DNA from: Acidobacteriota bacterium
GTDB lineage: Bacteria; Acidobacteriota; Vicinamibacteria; Vicinamibacterales; JAKQTR01
DNA length: 64,000 bases
Reading direction: 5' to 3'
Assembly: GCA_040752275.1 (NCBI GenBank)
Contig: JBFMFH010000056.1
Span: 13,015-77,014, forward strand
Shown: one piece after another, positions 43,071 to 54,130 of the stretch
How the letters are laid out: every line of letters begins with the position of its first letter
Numbering within the stretch: position 1 is the stretch's first letter
Position numbers and translations under genes: made by a program
Notes under the pieces: model-generated
What the model was told of the DNA's origin: nothing
Seen by the model: only the letters and a program-made list of their open reading frames with translations
Database searches by the model: none

Positions 43071-44420
43071 ATGCGTGCGGTCGACATCATTCGGGCCAAG
43101 CGTGATGGCGGCGCGCTGAACCGTCAGCAGATTGACAGCTTCGTCATTGGCGCCACCGATGGCTCATGGCCCGACTACCAGATCTCCGCCCTGCTGATGG
43201 CCATCGTCCTGCGGGGCATGACCGACGAAGAGACGGCCTGGCTGACCAGCGCAATGGCCCAGTCCGGGGCGCGCCTCGACCTGAGCCGTCACCCGGGCCG
43301 CAAGATCGACAAACACAGCACGGGCGGTGTCGGCGACAAGACCTCGCTCGTCGTCGCGCCGGTGGCGGCCGCCTGCGGCGTGGTCGTGCCGATGATGTCC
43401 GGGCGGGGTCTCGGCCACACCGGCGGAACGCTGGACAAGCTCGAGTCCATTCCAGGATTCCGGGTCGACCTCGCGGCGAGGGAGATCGCGGACGCGCTGT
43501 CGGATGTCGGCTGCGTGATCGTCGGTCAGACGCGCGACGTCGCGCCGGCCGACCGGCGGCTCTATCGCCTCCGCGACGTGACCGCCACGGTCGAGAGTGT
43601 TCCGCTCATTACGGCGTCCATCATGAGTAAGAAGCTCGCCGAAGGGATCGACGGGCTGGTGCTCGACGTCAAAGTCGGCCGGGGCGCCTTCATGGGCACG
43701 GCCGCGGAGGCCGGACATCTGGCCCGGTCGATGGTCCGGGCCGGGGATCTGGCCGGTGTCCGGACCGAGGCGTTGCTGACCCGCATGGATGCGCCACTCG
43801 GGCAGCACGTGGGCCACGCCCTCGAGGTTCGGGAGGCGATTCACGCGCTCCAGGGACGGGGACCCCAGGATCTGGCGCGTCTGTCGCTCTTGCTGGCCGG
43901 CCGGATGGTGATGCTCGCCGGCCTCGCGCCGACCCCTGAGGAAGGCGAGCAGCGGGCCGAGTCGGCCTTGCGGTCTGGCGCCGCGCTCGAGCGGTTCCGC
44001 CGCATGGTCGAGCGGCAGGGCGGGGACGGGTCTGTCGTCGACGATCCGGGCCGGATCGAGTCGGCGGGCGGCCATGAACTCGTCCGGGCCCCGCGGGCGG
44101 GCTACGTGACCGGCCTCGATGCGCTGCTGATTGGCCGGGCGGCCTCGGCACTCGGCGGCGGTCGCGACACAGCCGACGATCGTGTTGATCACGGCGTCGG
44201 CGTGCGGGTGCTGGTGCCACTGGGGATCCTCGTCAGGGCCGGCGATCCCGTTCTCGAGTTGCATCATCGCGACGGCCGGGGGCTCGCGGAAGCGGTGGCG
44301 CTGGCAGCGCAGGCCATCGAGCTGGGCGGCGCACCGCCGGTTCCACAGCCGTTGGTGCTCGAAGTGGTGACGGGCGGGACGGGCGATTCACGAGCGAGGG
44401 GGGAACGACATGACGCGTGA
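43071..44420 (+). CDS. deoA: Thymidine/pyrimidine-nucleoside phosphorylase
   Basis: MRAVDIIRAKRDGG, KHSTGGVGDKTSL, SGRGLGHTGGTLDKLE. Confidence 0.92.
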   Translation: MRAVDIIRAKRDGGALNRQQIDSFVIGATDGSWPDYQISALLMAIVLRGMTDEETAWLTSAMAQSGARLDLSRHPGRKIDKHSTGGVGDKTSLVVAPVAAACGVVVPMMSGRGLGHTGGTLDKLESIPGFRVDLAAREIADALSDVGCVIVGQTRDVAPADRRLYRLRDVTATVESVPLITASIMSKKLAEGIDGLVLDVKVGRGAFMGTAAEAGHLARSMVRAGDLAGVRTEALLTRMDAPLGQHVGHALEVREAIHALQGRGPQDLARLSLLLAGRMVMLAGLAPTPEEGEQRAESALRSGAALERFRRMVERQGGDGSVVDDPGRIESAGGHELVRAPRAGYVTGLDALLIGRAASALGGGRDTADDRVDHGVGVRVLVPLGILVRAGDPVLELHHRDGRGLAEAVALAAQAIELGGAPPVPQPLVLEVVTGGTGDSRARGERHDA

Positions 44421-45762
44421 GGTCGAGACCGGCCGGGTCGGTCGCAGCAGCCGGACGTGGCAGGTGGCGGCCGTGGCCGTGGCGGTGGTGCTGGTGGCGG
44501 CGGCCTACGGACTGCGGGGCACGATCGGCGCGCGCGGCCAGGCGGCGTGCGGTGTGGTGTTCTTCATCGCACTCGTCGCGTCGTTCTCGCCCGACCTGCG
44601 CCGGGTGAACTGGCGCACGGTCGTCACCGGGTTCGCCATCCAGGTAGTCCTGGCGCTGTTCATCCTGAAGTTCGAGGTGGGAGGCGTCCGCCCGGGCTAC
44701 CATCTGTTCACGATGATCGGGAACGGCGTGAAACGGTTCCTTGAGTTCACCAACGCCGGATCGCTCTTCGTCTTCGGCGGGCTGGCGGATCAGACGGCCA
44801 TGTCGAAGATCTTCGCCGGCGGATTCGTGTTTGCGTTCACCGCGCTGCCCACGATCATCTTCGTGTCGTCGTTCTTCACCGTGCTGTACTACTTCGGCAT
44901 CCTGCAGTTCATTGTCCGCGTGATGGCGAAGGCGATGATGTTCCTCATGCAGACCAGCGGGGCCGAGACCCTCTCGGCGGCCGCCAACGTGTTCATGGGG
45001 CAGACCGAGGCGCCGATCATCGTCAAGCCGTACGTCCCGAAGATGACGCAGTCTGAGCTGCTGGCCCTGATGGTCGGCGGCCTTGCCACGATCTCGGGCG
45101 GCGTCATGGCGGTCTACATCCAGTTGGGTGCCGACCCGGTGGCGATTCTGACGACGAGCGTCATGGCGGCGCCTGGCGGGCTGTATCTGTCGAAGATCCT
45201 GCTGCCCGAAACCGACGAACCGCTGACGCGGGGCGAGGTCAAGATGGTGGTCGAGCGGACGCACGTCAATGCGATCGACGCGGCCTCCTCAGGCGCCTCC
45301 GACGGCATGACGCTGGCCTTCAACGTGGCCGCGATGCTGATTGCGTTTCTCGCCTTCATCGCGCTGTTCGACTACCTGCTGGCCCTCATTCACCCGGAAC
45401 TGTCCCTGTCCCGGCTGTTTTCGTGGGTGTTCTCGCCCATGGCGGTGCTGATGGGCGTGAGGTCCGCGGATGTGCCGGCGATTGCCGATCTGCTCGGGAC
45501 GAAGCTCGTGGCCAACGAGTTCGTGGCATTCGTCAAGTTGACGACCGAGTATCGGCAGTCGCTCGATCCGAGGTCCTATAGCCTGGCCACGTTCGCGCTG
45601 ACAGGGTTTGCGAACTTCTCCTCGATTGGCATTCTGCTCGGCGGGATAGGGGGGATGGCCCCGGGGCGGAGGCACGATTTGGCGAAGCTCGGCTTTCGGG
45701 CGCTGTTGGCCGGGTTCACGGCAACCATGATCAACTCGTCGCTCGCGTCCATCCTGCTCTAG
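44410..45762 (+). CDS. nupC: NupC/CNT-family nucleoside transporter
   Basis: Polytopic, with GFAIQVVLALFILK and NEFVAF...GFANFSSIGI motifs. It overlaps the deoA stop by 11 nt. Confidence 0.88.
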   Translation: MTREVETGRVGRSSRTWQVAAVAVAVVLVAAAYGLRGTIGARGQAACGVVFFIALVASFSPDLRRVNWRTVVTGFAIQVVLALFILKFEVGGVRPGYHLFTMIGNGVKRFLEFTNAGSLFVFGGLADQTAMSKIFAGGFVFAFTALPTIIFVSSFFTVLYYFGILQFIVRVMAKAMMFLMQTSGAETLSAAANVFMGQTEAPIIVKPYVPKMTQSELLALMVGGLATISGGVMAVYIQLGADPVAILTTSVMAAPGGLYLSKILLPETDEPLTRGEVKMVVERTHVNAIDAASSGASDGMTLAFNVAAMLIAFLAFIALFDYLLALIHPELSLSRLFSWVFSPMAVLMGVRSADVPAIADLLGTKLVANEFVAFVKLTTEYRQSLDPRSYSLATFALTGFANFSSIGILLGGIGGMAPGRRHDLAKLGFRALLAGFTATMINSSLASILL

Positions 45763-45829
45763 GAGCGGATTCGGGGACGCCTCGCGCCGATCGCGCGAGC
45801 TCGGGGCTCTCGGCAAGGCGGACAGACGC

Positions 45830-46648
45830 ATGGGCATCTTCGATGACATCGAACGCGCGGCCGAATTCGTTGCGGCGCGGATCACGCTCCGGCCCGACGT
45901 GGCCCTCGTCCTCGGGTCGGGGCTTGGCGATTTCGCCGAGCGGGTCGCCGGCGCGACCGCGCTGTCCTATGGCGACATCCCGGGCTGGCCGCCTGCGACG
46001 GTCGTCGGCCACGCCGGCAAGCTCGTTGTCGGGACCGTTCGCGGGCGTCATGTAGCCGTCCTGGCCGGCCGGGCGCATTTCTACGAGGGGCACCCGATGT
46101 CGGCGGTGGTGTTCCCCACGAGAGTGATGGCCCGGGTGGGTGTCCGCACGCTGATCCTCACGAACGCCGCCGGCGGCATCAACACCTCGTTCTCCCGGGG
46201 TGCGCTGATGGTGATCGACGACCATCTGAACCTGATGGGTACCAACCCGCTCGTCGGGCCGAACGACGAGCGGTTCGGGCCGAGGTTCCCGGACATGAGC
46301 GAGGTCTATTCACGACGCCTGCGACGGATTGCTGACCAGGCCGCTGCCCGGGTGGGTTTGACCCTCGCGCACGGCGTCTACGCCGGACTGCACGGCCCGA
46401 GCTACGAAACCCCGGCCGAGATCAGACACCTGCGGGCGATCGGGGCCGATGCGGTCGGCATGTCGACGGTGCCCGAGGCCATTGCGGCCCGGCACATGGG
46501 ACTCGAGGTGCTCGGCCTGTCGTGCATCACGAACCTGGCGGCCGGCGTCCTGCATGCGCAGATCGACCACGACGAGGTGATGGACACGGCTCGCCGGGTC
46601 CGTAACGACTTCATCGCGCTGCTGGAGGAGATCATTGGGGGAGTCTAG
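45830..46648 (+). CDS. Purine nucleoside phosphorylase (trimeric PNP family)
   Basis: LGSGLG, GHAGKLVVG...GRAHFYEGH, TNAAGG, GPSYETPAE...GADAVGMSTVPE. Confidence 0.9.
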   Translation: MGIFDDIERAAEFVAARITLRPDVALVLGSGLGDFAERVAGATALSYGDIPGWPPATVVGHAGKLVVGTVRGRHVAVLAGRAHFYEGHPMSAVVFPTRVMARVGVRTLILTNAAGGINTSFSRGALMVIDDHLNLMGTNPLVGPNDERFGPRFPDMSEVYSRRLRRIADQAAARVGLTLAHGVYAGLHGPSYETPAEIRHLRAIGADAVGMSTVPEAIAARHMGLEVLGLSCITNLAAGVLHAQIDHDEVMDTARRVRNDFIALLEEIIGGV

Positions 46649-46679
46649 GAGCAGGGACCGGGGCGGATATGGAGGCGAT

Positions 46680-47081
46680 GTGGACGATCAGACCTTCGTT
46701 GATGCGGCGAGACGCGCGCGGGAGCGCGCGGTGGCGCCCTACTCGACCTTCAAAGTCGGCGCGGCCCTCGAGGCCGATGATGGCACCATTGTCACCGGCT
46801 GCAACATCGAGAATTCCACCTACGGGTTGACGGTGTGCGCCGAGAGGGTCGCCGTGTTCAAGGCCGTGTCGGAGGGGCACCGGCATTTCAAACGGATTGC
46901 CATCGTGGCGGAGACGGAGGAGCCCACCCCTCCCTGTGGACCGTGCCGCCAGATCCTGTGGGAATTCTGCGGCGACCTCGAGATCATCCTCGCGAACCTG
47001 CGGGAGGAGACAGGCCGGTATCATCTGGCCGAGTTGCTGCCGCTGCCATTCGACCAGCGGTTCTTGGATCGAAGGAGGTAG
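46680..47081 (+). CDS. cdd: Cytidine deaminase
   Basis: CAERVA and PCGPCRQ zinc motifs. The GTG at 46680 with GGAGG upstream gives a typical 133-aa size. The track's TTG at 46635 is possible but would overlap the PNP gene. Confidence 0.85.
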   Translation: MDDQTFVDAARRARERAVAPYSTFKVGAALEADDGTIVTGCNIENSTYGLTVCAERVAVFKAVSEGHRHFKRIAIVAETEEPTPPCGPCRQILWEFCGDLEIILANLREETGRYHLAELLPLPFDQRFLDRRR

Positions 47082-47097
47082 CGATCGCGGACCTTCC

Positions 47098-47160
47098 GAT
47101 TGCGGATTGGGGATTGCGGATTGCGGAGGCCCGAATCCCGAATCCCGAATCCCGAATCCC
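47098..47160 (+). repeat. Back-to-back heptamer arrays (GATTGCG/GATTGGG)x4 - gaggcc - (GAATCCC)x4 forming an imperfect hairpin downstream of cdd
   Basis: Read directly. The two arms are partially complementary: 5-bp helices interrupted by 2-nt mismatches. Confidence 0.85.
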
Positions 47161-47181
47161 GTCGAGTATCATTGATCCCCT

Positions 47182-48249
47182 ATGCTTCCGACCATCGAGT
47201 GGCAGGACGGCACCGTGGTGATGATCGACCAGCGCAAGCTGCCTGGAGCCGAAGTGTGGGTGCGTTGCCGGACTGCCGCCGACGTGGCGAAGGCCATCAC
47301 GACCATGGTCATTCGCGGGGCGCCGGCCATCGGCGTGGCCGCCGCGATGGGCGTGGCGCTGGGGGTGAGAGGCAGCAAGGCCACCGGGACCGCCAGGTTC
47401 GCGGCCGAGTTCCAGAAGACGTGCGACCTTCTGGCGTCTACCCGCCCGACGGCGGTCAACCTCTTCTGGGCCATCGAGCGCATGAAGCGGGTCTTCGCGC
47501 AGCTGGCCCAGGCCGGGGCCTCGGTCGGCGAGATCACGGCGAAGCTGGAGGCCGAGGCCCGGGCCATCGACCAGGAGGACGTGCAGAGTTGCCGTGACAT
47601 GGGGCGGCACGGCGCCACGCTCGTCCCCGACGAGGCCCGCATCCTGACGCACTGCAACGCCGGAGCCCTGGCCACGGCCGGCTACGGCACCGCGCTGGGT
47701 GTCATCCGCGCGGCGGCCGAGGCGGGCAAACGCGTGAGCGTGTACGCGGACGAAACGCGGCCGTTCCTGCAGGGGGCACGGCTCACGGCGTGGGAGCTCG
47801 TGCGCGACGGGATCGACACGACCGTCATCACCGACAACATGGCCGGCGCCCTGATGCGGCAGGGACTGATCGACCTCGTCGTGGTGGGCGCCGACCGCAT
47901 CGCGGGCAACGGTGACGTCGCCAACAAGATCGGCACCTACAGCGTGGCTGTCCTGGCGCGGGAGCACCGGATCCCGTTCTACGTGGCCGCGCCGTTGTCG
48001 ACAATCGACCTGGCGACGGCAGATGGCTCCCTCATCCCGATTGAAGAACGGCGCGAACGCGAGGTCACGCACGTGGGCCCGACGCGCCTGACCCCTGCGG
48101 GGGCGAAGATTCGCAATCCGGCGTTCGACGTCACACCTGGCGCGTACATCGCGGCCATCATCACCGAGCGCGGAATCTGCCGGCCGCCGTACGGCGATTC
48201 GCTCGCCGCAGTCGTTCATGCTCATCCTGGGCATCGAAACGTCGTGTGA
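47182..48249 (+). CDS. mtnA: S-methyl-5-thioribose-1-phosphate isomerase
   Basis: [52 protein letters not shown]. Confidence 0.9.
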   Translation: MLPTIEWQDGTVVMIDQRKLPGAEVWVRCRTAADVAKAITTMVIRGAPAIGVAAAMGVALGVRGSKATGTARFAAEFQKTCDLLASTRPTAVNLFWAIERMKRVFAQLAQAGASVGEITAKLEAEARAIDQEDVQSCRDMGRHGATLVPDEARILTHCNAGALATAGYGTALGVIRAAAEAGKRVSVYADETRPFLQGARLTAWELVRDGIDTTVITDNMAGALMRQGLIDLVVVGADRIAGNGDVANKIGTYSVAVLAREHRIPFYVAAPLSTIDLATADGSLIPIEERREREVTHVGPTRLTPAGAKIRNPAFDVTPGAYIAAIITERGICRPPYGDSLAAVVHAHPGHRNVV

Positions 48250-49321
48250 CGAGACGGCGGCCGCGGTTGTCGAAGAGCAGCCCGACCCGGCTCGTCCGTG
48301 GGCCATCAGGTCCAGCGTCGTCGCCTCGCAGGTGGACATTCACCGCGAGTGGGGAGGCGTCGTCCCGGAGCTGGCGTCGCGCCAGCACGTCCGCGACATC
48401 TGCGGCGTCGTCGAGCGGGCGTTGGAGGATGCCGGCGTCAGGGCCGGCGACCTCGGGGCGATCGCCGTGACGCAGGGGCCCGGCCTGGTGGGCTCGCTCC
48501 TGGTCGGCGTCTCGATGGCCAAGGGGCTCGCGGCTGTGTGGAAGCTCCCGCTCGTGCCCGTGCATCACCTGGCCGGCCACATCGAATCGCTCGTCCTGCA
48601 CAACGGCCCGCTCCCGCTGCCCGCCATCGTGCTCGTCGTCTCCGGCGGACACACCAGCCTCTACGACGTGCCGGTGGCTGGAACCTACCGCCGGATCGGT
48701 CGGACGCGCGACGATGCGGCGGGGGAGGCGTACGACAAGGTCGCGAAGCTGCTGGGGCTCGGGTACCCTGGCGGACCCGTCATCGACCGCCTGGCGCGGG
48801 ACGGCAACGATCGCGCGATCGATTTCCCGATCGCACGCATGACGCACCGCGATCGGAACGCGCCATGCGAACGAGGGCAGTGGGACTTCAGCTTCAGCGG
48901 AATCAAGACGTCCGTTCTTCGGTACGTGAAGGCCCGCGGGGACGCATGGACGCCGGCCCCGGACGAAGTGGCCAACCTCTGTGCCAGCTTCCAGCGGTCG
49001 GTGGTCGAGGCACTGCTCGACCGCTCGTTCGATGCGGCCCGATGGTTCGGTGCCAGGAGTGTCGGTATCGCCGGGGGCGTGTCGGCCAACAGCCGGCTGC
49101 GGGCCGATGCCGCCGTCCGCGGCGAGCGCAGCGGCCTGCCCGTGTTCATTCCGGCCCTGCACCTGTCCACGGACAACGCGGCGATGATCGCCGCCGCGGG
49201 CCTGCGACGCTACCACGAAGGCGTGCGCGCCGGCTGGGATCTCAATGCCGACGCCGCACTGGCCCTCGACGTCGTTCCCGGGACCCGGTTCGCGTTGCCC
49301 CAGGTAGGCGGTGAGGACTGA
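48218..49321 (+). CDS. tsaD: tRNA N6-adenosine threonylcarbamoyltransferase
   Basis: [38 protein letters not shown]. Confidence 0.93.
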   Translation: MLILGIETSCDETAAAVVEEQPDPARPWAIRSSVVASQVDIHREWGGVVPELASRQHVRDICGVVERALEDAGVRAGDLGAIAVTQGPGLVGSLLVGVSMAKGLAAVWKLPLVPVHHLAGHIESLVLHNGPLPLPAIVLVVSGGHTSLYDVPVAGTYRRIGRTRDDAAGEAYDKVAKLLGLGYPGGPVIDRLARDGNDRAIDFPIARMTHRDRNAPCERGQWDFSFSGIKTSVLRYVKARGDAWTPAPDEVANLCASFQRSVVEALLDRSFDAARWFGARSVGIAGGVSANSRLRADAAVRGERSGLPVFIPALHLSTDNAAMIAAAGLRRYHEGVRAGWDLNADAALALDVVPGTRFALPQVGGED

Positions 49322-49332
49322 GGTGCCTTCTC

Positions 49333-49360
49333 GAATCCCGAATCCCGAATCCCGAATCCC
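49333..49360 (+). repeat. Heptamer array (GAATCCC)x4 between tsaD and yjbQ
   Basis: Read directly. The array starts 11 nt after the tsaD TGA stop. Confidence 0.9.
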
Positions 49361-49373
49361 GAAGGTGTTCGTG

Positions 49374-49787
49374 ATGACCGTCCACACCGAGTATCTCTAC
49401 TTCCACACCAAGCAACGCCGCGAGATCGTGCGCATCACCGACGAGGTCTCCGCGATCGTCCAGAAAAGCGGCGTGCGGGAAGGCATGGTGCTGGTGTCCG
49501 CCATGCACATCACCGCTGCCGTCTACGTGAACGACTGGGAGAGCGGGCTGATGCACGATATCCAGGTCTGGCTCGAGAAGCTCGCCCCCGCGGGCCTCGA
49601 CTACCGGCATCACCAGACCGGCGAGGACAACGCGGACGCTCACCTCAAGCGAACGGTCATGGGCCATCAGGTCGTCCTGCCCATCACCGGCGGCGCCCTG
49701 GACCTGGGGCCCTGGGAGCAGGTCTTCTACGCGGAGTTCGACGGGCAGCGCCGGAAGCGCGTGGTCGTCAAGGTCATGGGGCAATGA
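49374..49787 (+). CDS. yjbQ: YjbQ/UPF0047 family (secondary thiamine-phosphate synthase) protein
   Basis: ITDEV...[24 protein letters not shown]......[13 protein letters not shown]...[24 protein letters not shown]. Confidence 0.88.
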   Translation: MTVHTEYLYFHTKQRREIVRITDEVSAIVQKSGVREGMVLVSAMHITAAVYVNDWESGLMHDIQVWLEKLAPAGLDYRHHQTGEDNADAHLKRTVMGHQVVLPITGGALDLGPWEQVFYAEFDGQRRKRVVVKVMGQ

Positions 49788-50260
49788 CGGCCACTCGCCC
49801 GACCGGCGCCGATTGCAGTGCCGCCGAGGCGCGGCGCTATCCGGCGCGCCCGATCGTGGGCGTGGGCGGCGTGGTGTTCCTGGACGGCCAGGTTCTGCTC
49901 ATCAGGCGACGGTTCGATCCGATGGCGGGGCGCTGGAGCATTCCAGGCGGCACGGTCGAGCTCGGCGAGCGGCTGGAGGAGGCCCTCGCCCGTGAAATGC
50001 GCGAAGAGACGGGACTGGTGGTCGAGGTCGGGCCGCTCGTCGATCTCTTCGACCGCGTCACGCGAGACGACGACGGTCGCGTGCGCTATCACTACGTGCT
50101 GGCCGACTACCTGTGTTTCGGCAGAGGTGGCACGCTCGCCGCCGGCAGCGACGTGACCGAGGTCGCCCTAGCCGACGCCGACGAGCTCGGCTCGTACGAT
50201 CTGACCCCCAAGACGATTGAGGTGATCGCCCGCGCCCGTCAGATGGCCGCCGGCATCTGA
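49784..50260 (+). CDS. NUDIX hydrolase
   Basis: Nudix box [28 protein letters not shown] overlap with yjbQ. Confidence 0.88.
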   Translation: MTATRPTGADCSAAEARRYPARPIVGVGGVVFLDGQVLLIRRRFDPMAGRWSIPGGTVELGERLEEALAREMREETGLVVEVGPLVDLFDRVTRDDDGRVRYHYVLADYLCFGRGGTLAAGSDVTEVALADADELGSYDLTPKTIEVIARARQMAAGI

Positions 50261-51135
50261 GCCTTCTCGCGAGCGGCCGTCCGCAGCAGGCCGATGCCCG
50301 TGTAGACGACGACCACGGTCACCAGCCACATGACCCAGTAGAGGGGCATGCTCTTCACGACGAGCAGCGCGAGCGCGGACCCGAAGATGCCGCCGATGGC
50401 CCAGCCGACCGTCGACCGCAGGCTGTAGCGGCGAGTCTTGATGAACTTGATGCTCGCGACCGGCATCAGGAACGCGCAGGCGCCCATCATGATGGGAAAG
50501 GCCGCCAGCGGGTTCATCCCGAGCAGGTTCACGAGGATCATGCACGGCGCGTAGTACCCGATGCCGAGCGGCATGATCGAGCCGAGGAAGAAACTGCCGG
50601 CGAGGCCCAGGACCAGGAGGAGGCCCGACAGGTGCAGCGTGCCCTCGTCGCTCGAGGGCATCAGGCCGGTCACCTTGGCGAACATGAACCCGGCGGCGGC
50701 CAGCAGCGCGATGCCCATGCCGACCTGGATGGCCCGTCTCGGCATTTGCGAGACCACGCCCGCGCCGAACCAGGACCCCGCGACCGCGGCCGCGATCATC
50801 AGGACCAGCGTCCACGGCTCGACGGCGATCACGCTGATGCCGATGAAGGCCTGGGTGATCGTCGGCAGACAGTGCCCGACATTGAGCGAACCAGGGATGA
50901 GCTCGTCACGGACCAGCTTGCGCAGGCGGACGTACGTCGTCGTCGTGGCGAAGCTGCCAATGCCCAGGGCGTCGAAGAAGTTGGCGAAGAACCCGATGGC
51001 GATGCGCTCACCGTCGGGCCGGCCGGCATCCGGCGTGTCGGTCCTCTTGCGGACCTCGGCGATCCAGATCGCCACATACACGATGGTCACGATTCCCAGT
51101 GCGATGAGCAACGCTGCTATCACGGATGCCTCCAT
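50239..51135 (-). CDS. TSUP (TauE/SafE-like) family membrane transporter
   Basis: Eight or so hydrophobic helices, a two-fold internal repeat, and Gly-rich helix motifs. Confidence 0.65.
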   Translation of the reverse strand: MEASVIAALLIALGIVTIVYVAIWIAEVRKRTDTPDAGRPDGERIAIGFFANFFDALGIGSFATTTTYVRLRKLVRDELIPGSLNVGHCLPTITQAFIGISVIAVEPWTLVLMIAAAVAGSWFGAGVVSQMPRRAIQVGMGIALLAAAGFMFAKVTGLMPSSDEGTLHLSGLLLVLGLAGSFFLGSIMPLGIGYYAPCMILVNLLGMNPLAAFPIMMGACAFLMPVASIKFIKTRRYSLRSTVGWAIGGIFGSALALLVVKSMPLYWVMWLVTVVVVYTGIGLLRTAAREKAQMPAAI

Positions 51136-51270
51136 CTGAATTGAGTCTGTCCCCTGGGCTGACGCCCTGGGCCCACGGACGTCGCCTGACGCATGCCCCT
51201 GGCCTCAGCCGCCGGGCGAATATATCATGCTCGAATCCTCAACCCCGAAGCAGAGAAGGCGACCGAGACG

Positions 51271-52497
51271 ATGGTTCTGAAACTCGACATGGTGCAAACG
51301 CTGGCGCTCGCGGCGGTGGTGCTGTTCCTCGGCTACGCCATCCGGCAGCGCATCGGCGTCCTGGACCGGTACAACATTCCCGCGCCGGTCGTGGGCGGGT
51401 TCCTGTTCGCGGCACTGGCCACGGGATTCCGGTTATCGGGCACCATCGCCCTCGAGATGGACACGACGCTCCAGACGCCGCTGATGATCGCGTTCTTCAC
51501 CACGATCGGTCTCGGGGCCAGCTTGTCGCTGCTCAAGGTCGGCGGGCCCCAGGTGCTGCTCTTCTGGGGACTGGCGAGTGCGCTTGCGATCCTGCAGAGC
51601 GGCGTGGGCATCGCGCTGGCTCGGGCGCTCAACGTGCATCCGTTCCTGGGCCTCATTGCCGGGTCAATCACGATGACCGGCGGCCACGGAACCGGGGCCG
51701 CGTTCGGCAAGCTGATGGAGGACCAGTACCAGTTTACCGGCGCGGTGACGCTGGCCATGGCCGCGGCCACCTTCGGTTTGGTCAGCGGCGGCCTGATCGG
51801 CGGGCCCATCGCCACCCGCCTCGTGCAGCGAAGGCGCCTGAAGCCGGCACCCCGCGGACGGGGGGCGGAGAACACACCCGATGTGAAGGGCCTCGGTCTC
51901 GATACCGAGATCGACACCGAAATGGGCGGCGACGCGCCAACCGCCTATCTGCTGCTCAAGATCATGACGGTCATCCTCGTGGCGATGTGGGCCGGGTCGC
52001 TGCTCTCCGCCTGGCTGGGCCGGTATGTGACGCTGCCGGCGTACATCTGGGCCATGATCATCGCCGCCGTCATGCGGAACGTCGCCGACCTGCTGAAGTC
52101 CGTCCGCATCGAGCAGCGGCTCGTGGACGACCTCGGGACCATCGCTCTCTCGTTGTTCCTGTCGATGGCACTCATGTCGCTGAAGCTGTGGGAGCTGCTC
52201 GACCTGGCCATCCCGATGCTGATCGTCCTCACGGTGCAGGTCGCCATGATGGCGGCCTTCGCCTACTTCGTCACCTTCTGGGTGATGGGGCGGGACTACG
52301 ACGCGGCGGTCATGGCGGGAGGGCACTGTGGGTTCGGCCTGGGCGCCACGCCGAACGCGGTGGCCAACATGGAGGCGATCGTCGAGCGTTTCGGCCCGGC
52401 TCCCCGAGCATTCCTGGTGCTGCCCATGGTCGGCGCGTTCTTCATTGATTTCACGAATGCGCTCATCATCTCGACGTACATCAATCTGGTGCACTAG
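51271..52497 (+). CDS. gltS: Sodium/glutamate symporter
   Basis: MVLKLDMVQTLALAAVVLFLGYAIRQRIGVLDRYNIPAPVVGGFLFA. The C-terminal motif is HCGFGLGATPNAVANM. Confidence 0.88.
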   Translation: MVLKLDMVQTLALAAVVLFLGYAIRQRIGVLDRYNIPAPVVGGFLFAALATGFRLSGTIALEMDTTLQTPLMIAFFTTIGLGASLSLLKVGGPQVLLFWGLASALAILQSGVGIALARALNVHPFLGLIAGSITMTGGHGTGAAFGKLMEDQYQFTGAVTLAMAAATFGLVSGGLIGGPIATRLVQRRRLKPAPRGRGAENTPDVKGLGLDTEIDTEMGGDAPTAYLLLKIMTVILVAMWAGSLLSAWLGRYVTLPAYIWAMIIAAVMRNVADLLKSVRIEQRLVDDLGTIALSLFLSMALMSLKLWELLDLAIPMLIVLTVQVAMMAAFAYFVTFWVMGRDYDAAVMAGGHCGFGLGATPNAVANMEAIVERFGPAPRAFLVLPMVGAFFIDFTNALIISTYINLVH

Positions 52498-52576
52498 GAC
52501 AGGGACCGGGGACCCGGGACCAGTTGTGGATGTTCCTAGTGCCCCGTTCACCCCCAACCCCCATGAGGATCGACCG

Positions 52577-53146
52577 ATGCAACTGACGCGCGACCTGGCG
52601 TGGGCTCTGCTGACCGAGTTCACGCAGAACGAGAACCTGCTGAAGCATGCCTTGGCCGTCGAGGCGGCGGTCCGTGGATACGCCCGGCAGTTCGGTGAGG
52701 ACGAGGAGTTCTGGGGCGTGACCGCCCTCCTGCACGATTTCGACTACGAGCGCTATCCCGACCTGAAGGACCATCCGTTCCGGGGCGCCGAGGTCCTGCG
52801 CGAACGAGGATACCCGGATGCGCTCGTACGGGCCGTGCTCTCCCATGCGGATCACACCGGCGTGCCGAGAGAGAGCCGGCTCGAGCACACGCTGTTTGCC
52901 TGCGACGAGATGGCCGGGTTCGTGACGGCGGCGGCCCTGGTCCGCCCTTCGAAGAGCCTGCTGGATCTCGAGGCGAGATCCGTGATCAAACGCATGAAGG
53001 AGAAGGCCTTTGCGCGAGCGGTCAACCGCGACGACCTGCGCAAGGGGGCGGAAGAGATCGGCTTGCCTCTGGAGGAGCACGCAGCCAACGTCATCGGGTT
53101 CATGCGCGAGAAAGCCGGCGAGCTGGGGCTTCGGGGTACGCTCTGA
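52577..53146 (+). CDS. HD/HDIG-domain metal-dependent phosphohydrolase
   Basis: LLKHALAVEAAVRGYA...ALLHDFDYE...SHADHTG. Confidence 0.8.
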   Translation: MQLTRDLAWALLTEFTQNENLLKHALAVEAAVRGYARQFGEDEEFWGVTALLHDFDYERYPDLKDHPFRGAEVLRERGYPDALVRAVLSHADHTGVPRESRLEHTLFACDEMAGFVTAAALVRPSKSLLDLEARSVIKRMKEKAFARAVNRDDLRKGAEEIGLPLEEHAANVIGFMREKAGELGLRGTL

Positions 53147-53188
53147 ACGCGACGCGAACCGCGTTGGACCCCTGATCGTATACTCCAT

Positions 53189-54127
53189 GTGAGCATGAGC
53201 CCGACTTCAGCCGACGCCGTCGTCAACATCCAGGGCCTCACCGTCCGCTACGGAAGACAGCCTGCGCTGCGGGACGTCACCGCGGTTTTTCCGCGTGGTG
53301 CCGTCGGCCTGCTGGGGCCCAACGGAGCCGGCAAGAGCACGATGCTCAAGGCGCTGCTCGGGTTCTTGAAGCCCGAGACCGGACGGCTGCAGGTCCTCGG
53401 CCTCGACGTCGCGTCAACGCCCCTCGAGATCAGGGCCCGCCTGGGCTACATGCCCGAGATCGACGCCCACATTCCCGGCATGAACGCCGTCGCGTTCGTG
53501 GCCTACTGCGGCCAGTTGTCCGGCTTGCCTCCGGTCGATTCAATGCAGCGCGCCCACGAGGTGCTCTACTACGTCGGCTTGGGCGAGGCCCGCTACCGGA
53601 ACCTCGAGACCTACTCGACCGGCATGAAGCAGCGCATCAAGCTCGCCCAAGCGCTCGTGCACGATCCCGATTTGCTCTTTCTCGACGAGCCCACCAACGG
53701 CATGGACCCGAAGGGCCGCGAGGAGATGCTCGAGCTGATTCGCGACCTCGCCCACAACAAGGGCATGAATCTCATCCTCTCGTCGCACCTGCTTCCTGAC
53801 GTCGAGTACACCTGCGACCACGTCGTCGTCCTCCACCAGGGACAACTGGCCACGCACGGGCCGATCAAGGACCTGAAGAACCCACAGGGCAGCATGTTCG
53901 AGCTCCGCGTCAAGGGCGACCGGGCGGCGTTTGCCGACGTGCTGCGCCAGGCCGGGATGACGGCTCACGCCGCAGAGGAGGACTTGATGCGGGTGTTCGT
54001 GCCTGGGGATCGCGGCGCCCTGGGCCTGTTCCAGGCAGCCTCGCGCGGGGGTGTGCAGGTGCGGCATCTCCGGCCGAGCGTGCCGACGCTCGAGGACGTG
54101 TTTGCCCAGGCGGTGGGCGAGGAGTAG
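53189..54127 (+). CDS. ABC transporter ATP-binding protein (ABC-2 type), cassette 1
   Basis: Walker A GPNGAGKST, signature YSTGMKQR, Walker B LLFLDEPTNGMD. Confidence 0.9.
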   Translation: MSMSPTSADAVVNIQGLTVRYGRQPALRDVTAVFPRGAVGLLGPNGAGKSTMLKALLGFLKPETGRLQVLGLDVASTPLEIRARLGYMPEIDAHIPGMNAVAFVAYCGQLSGLPPVDSMQRAHEVLYYVGLGEARYRNLETYSTGMKQRIKLAQALVHDPDLLFLDEPTNGMDPKGREEMLELIRDLAHNKGMNLILSSHLLPDVEYTCDHVVVLHQGQLATHGPIKDLKNPQGSMFELRVKGDRAAFADVLRQAGMTAHAAEEDLMRVFVPGDRGALGLFQAASRGGVQVRHLRPSVPTLEDVFAQAVGEE

Positions 54128-54130
54128 GCC

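Noticed and set aside
43164-45264. Long minus-strand ORFs opposite deoA and nupC (43164-44267, 44233-45264)
   Set aside because: These are antisense to genes with clear family motifs and have a low-complexity Arg/Pro/Gly/His composition.
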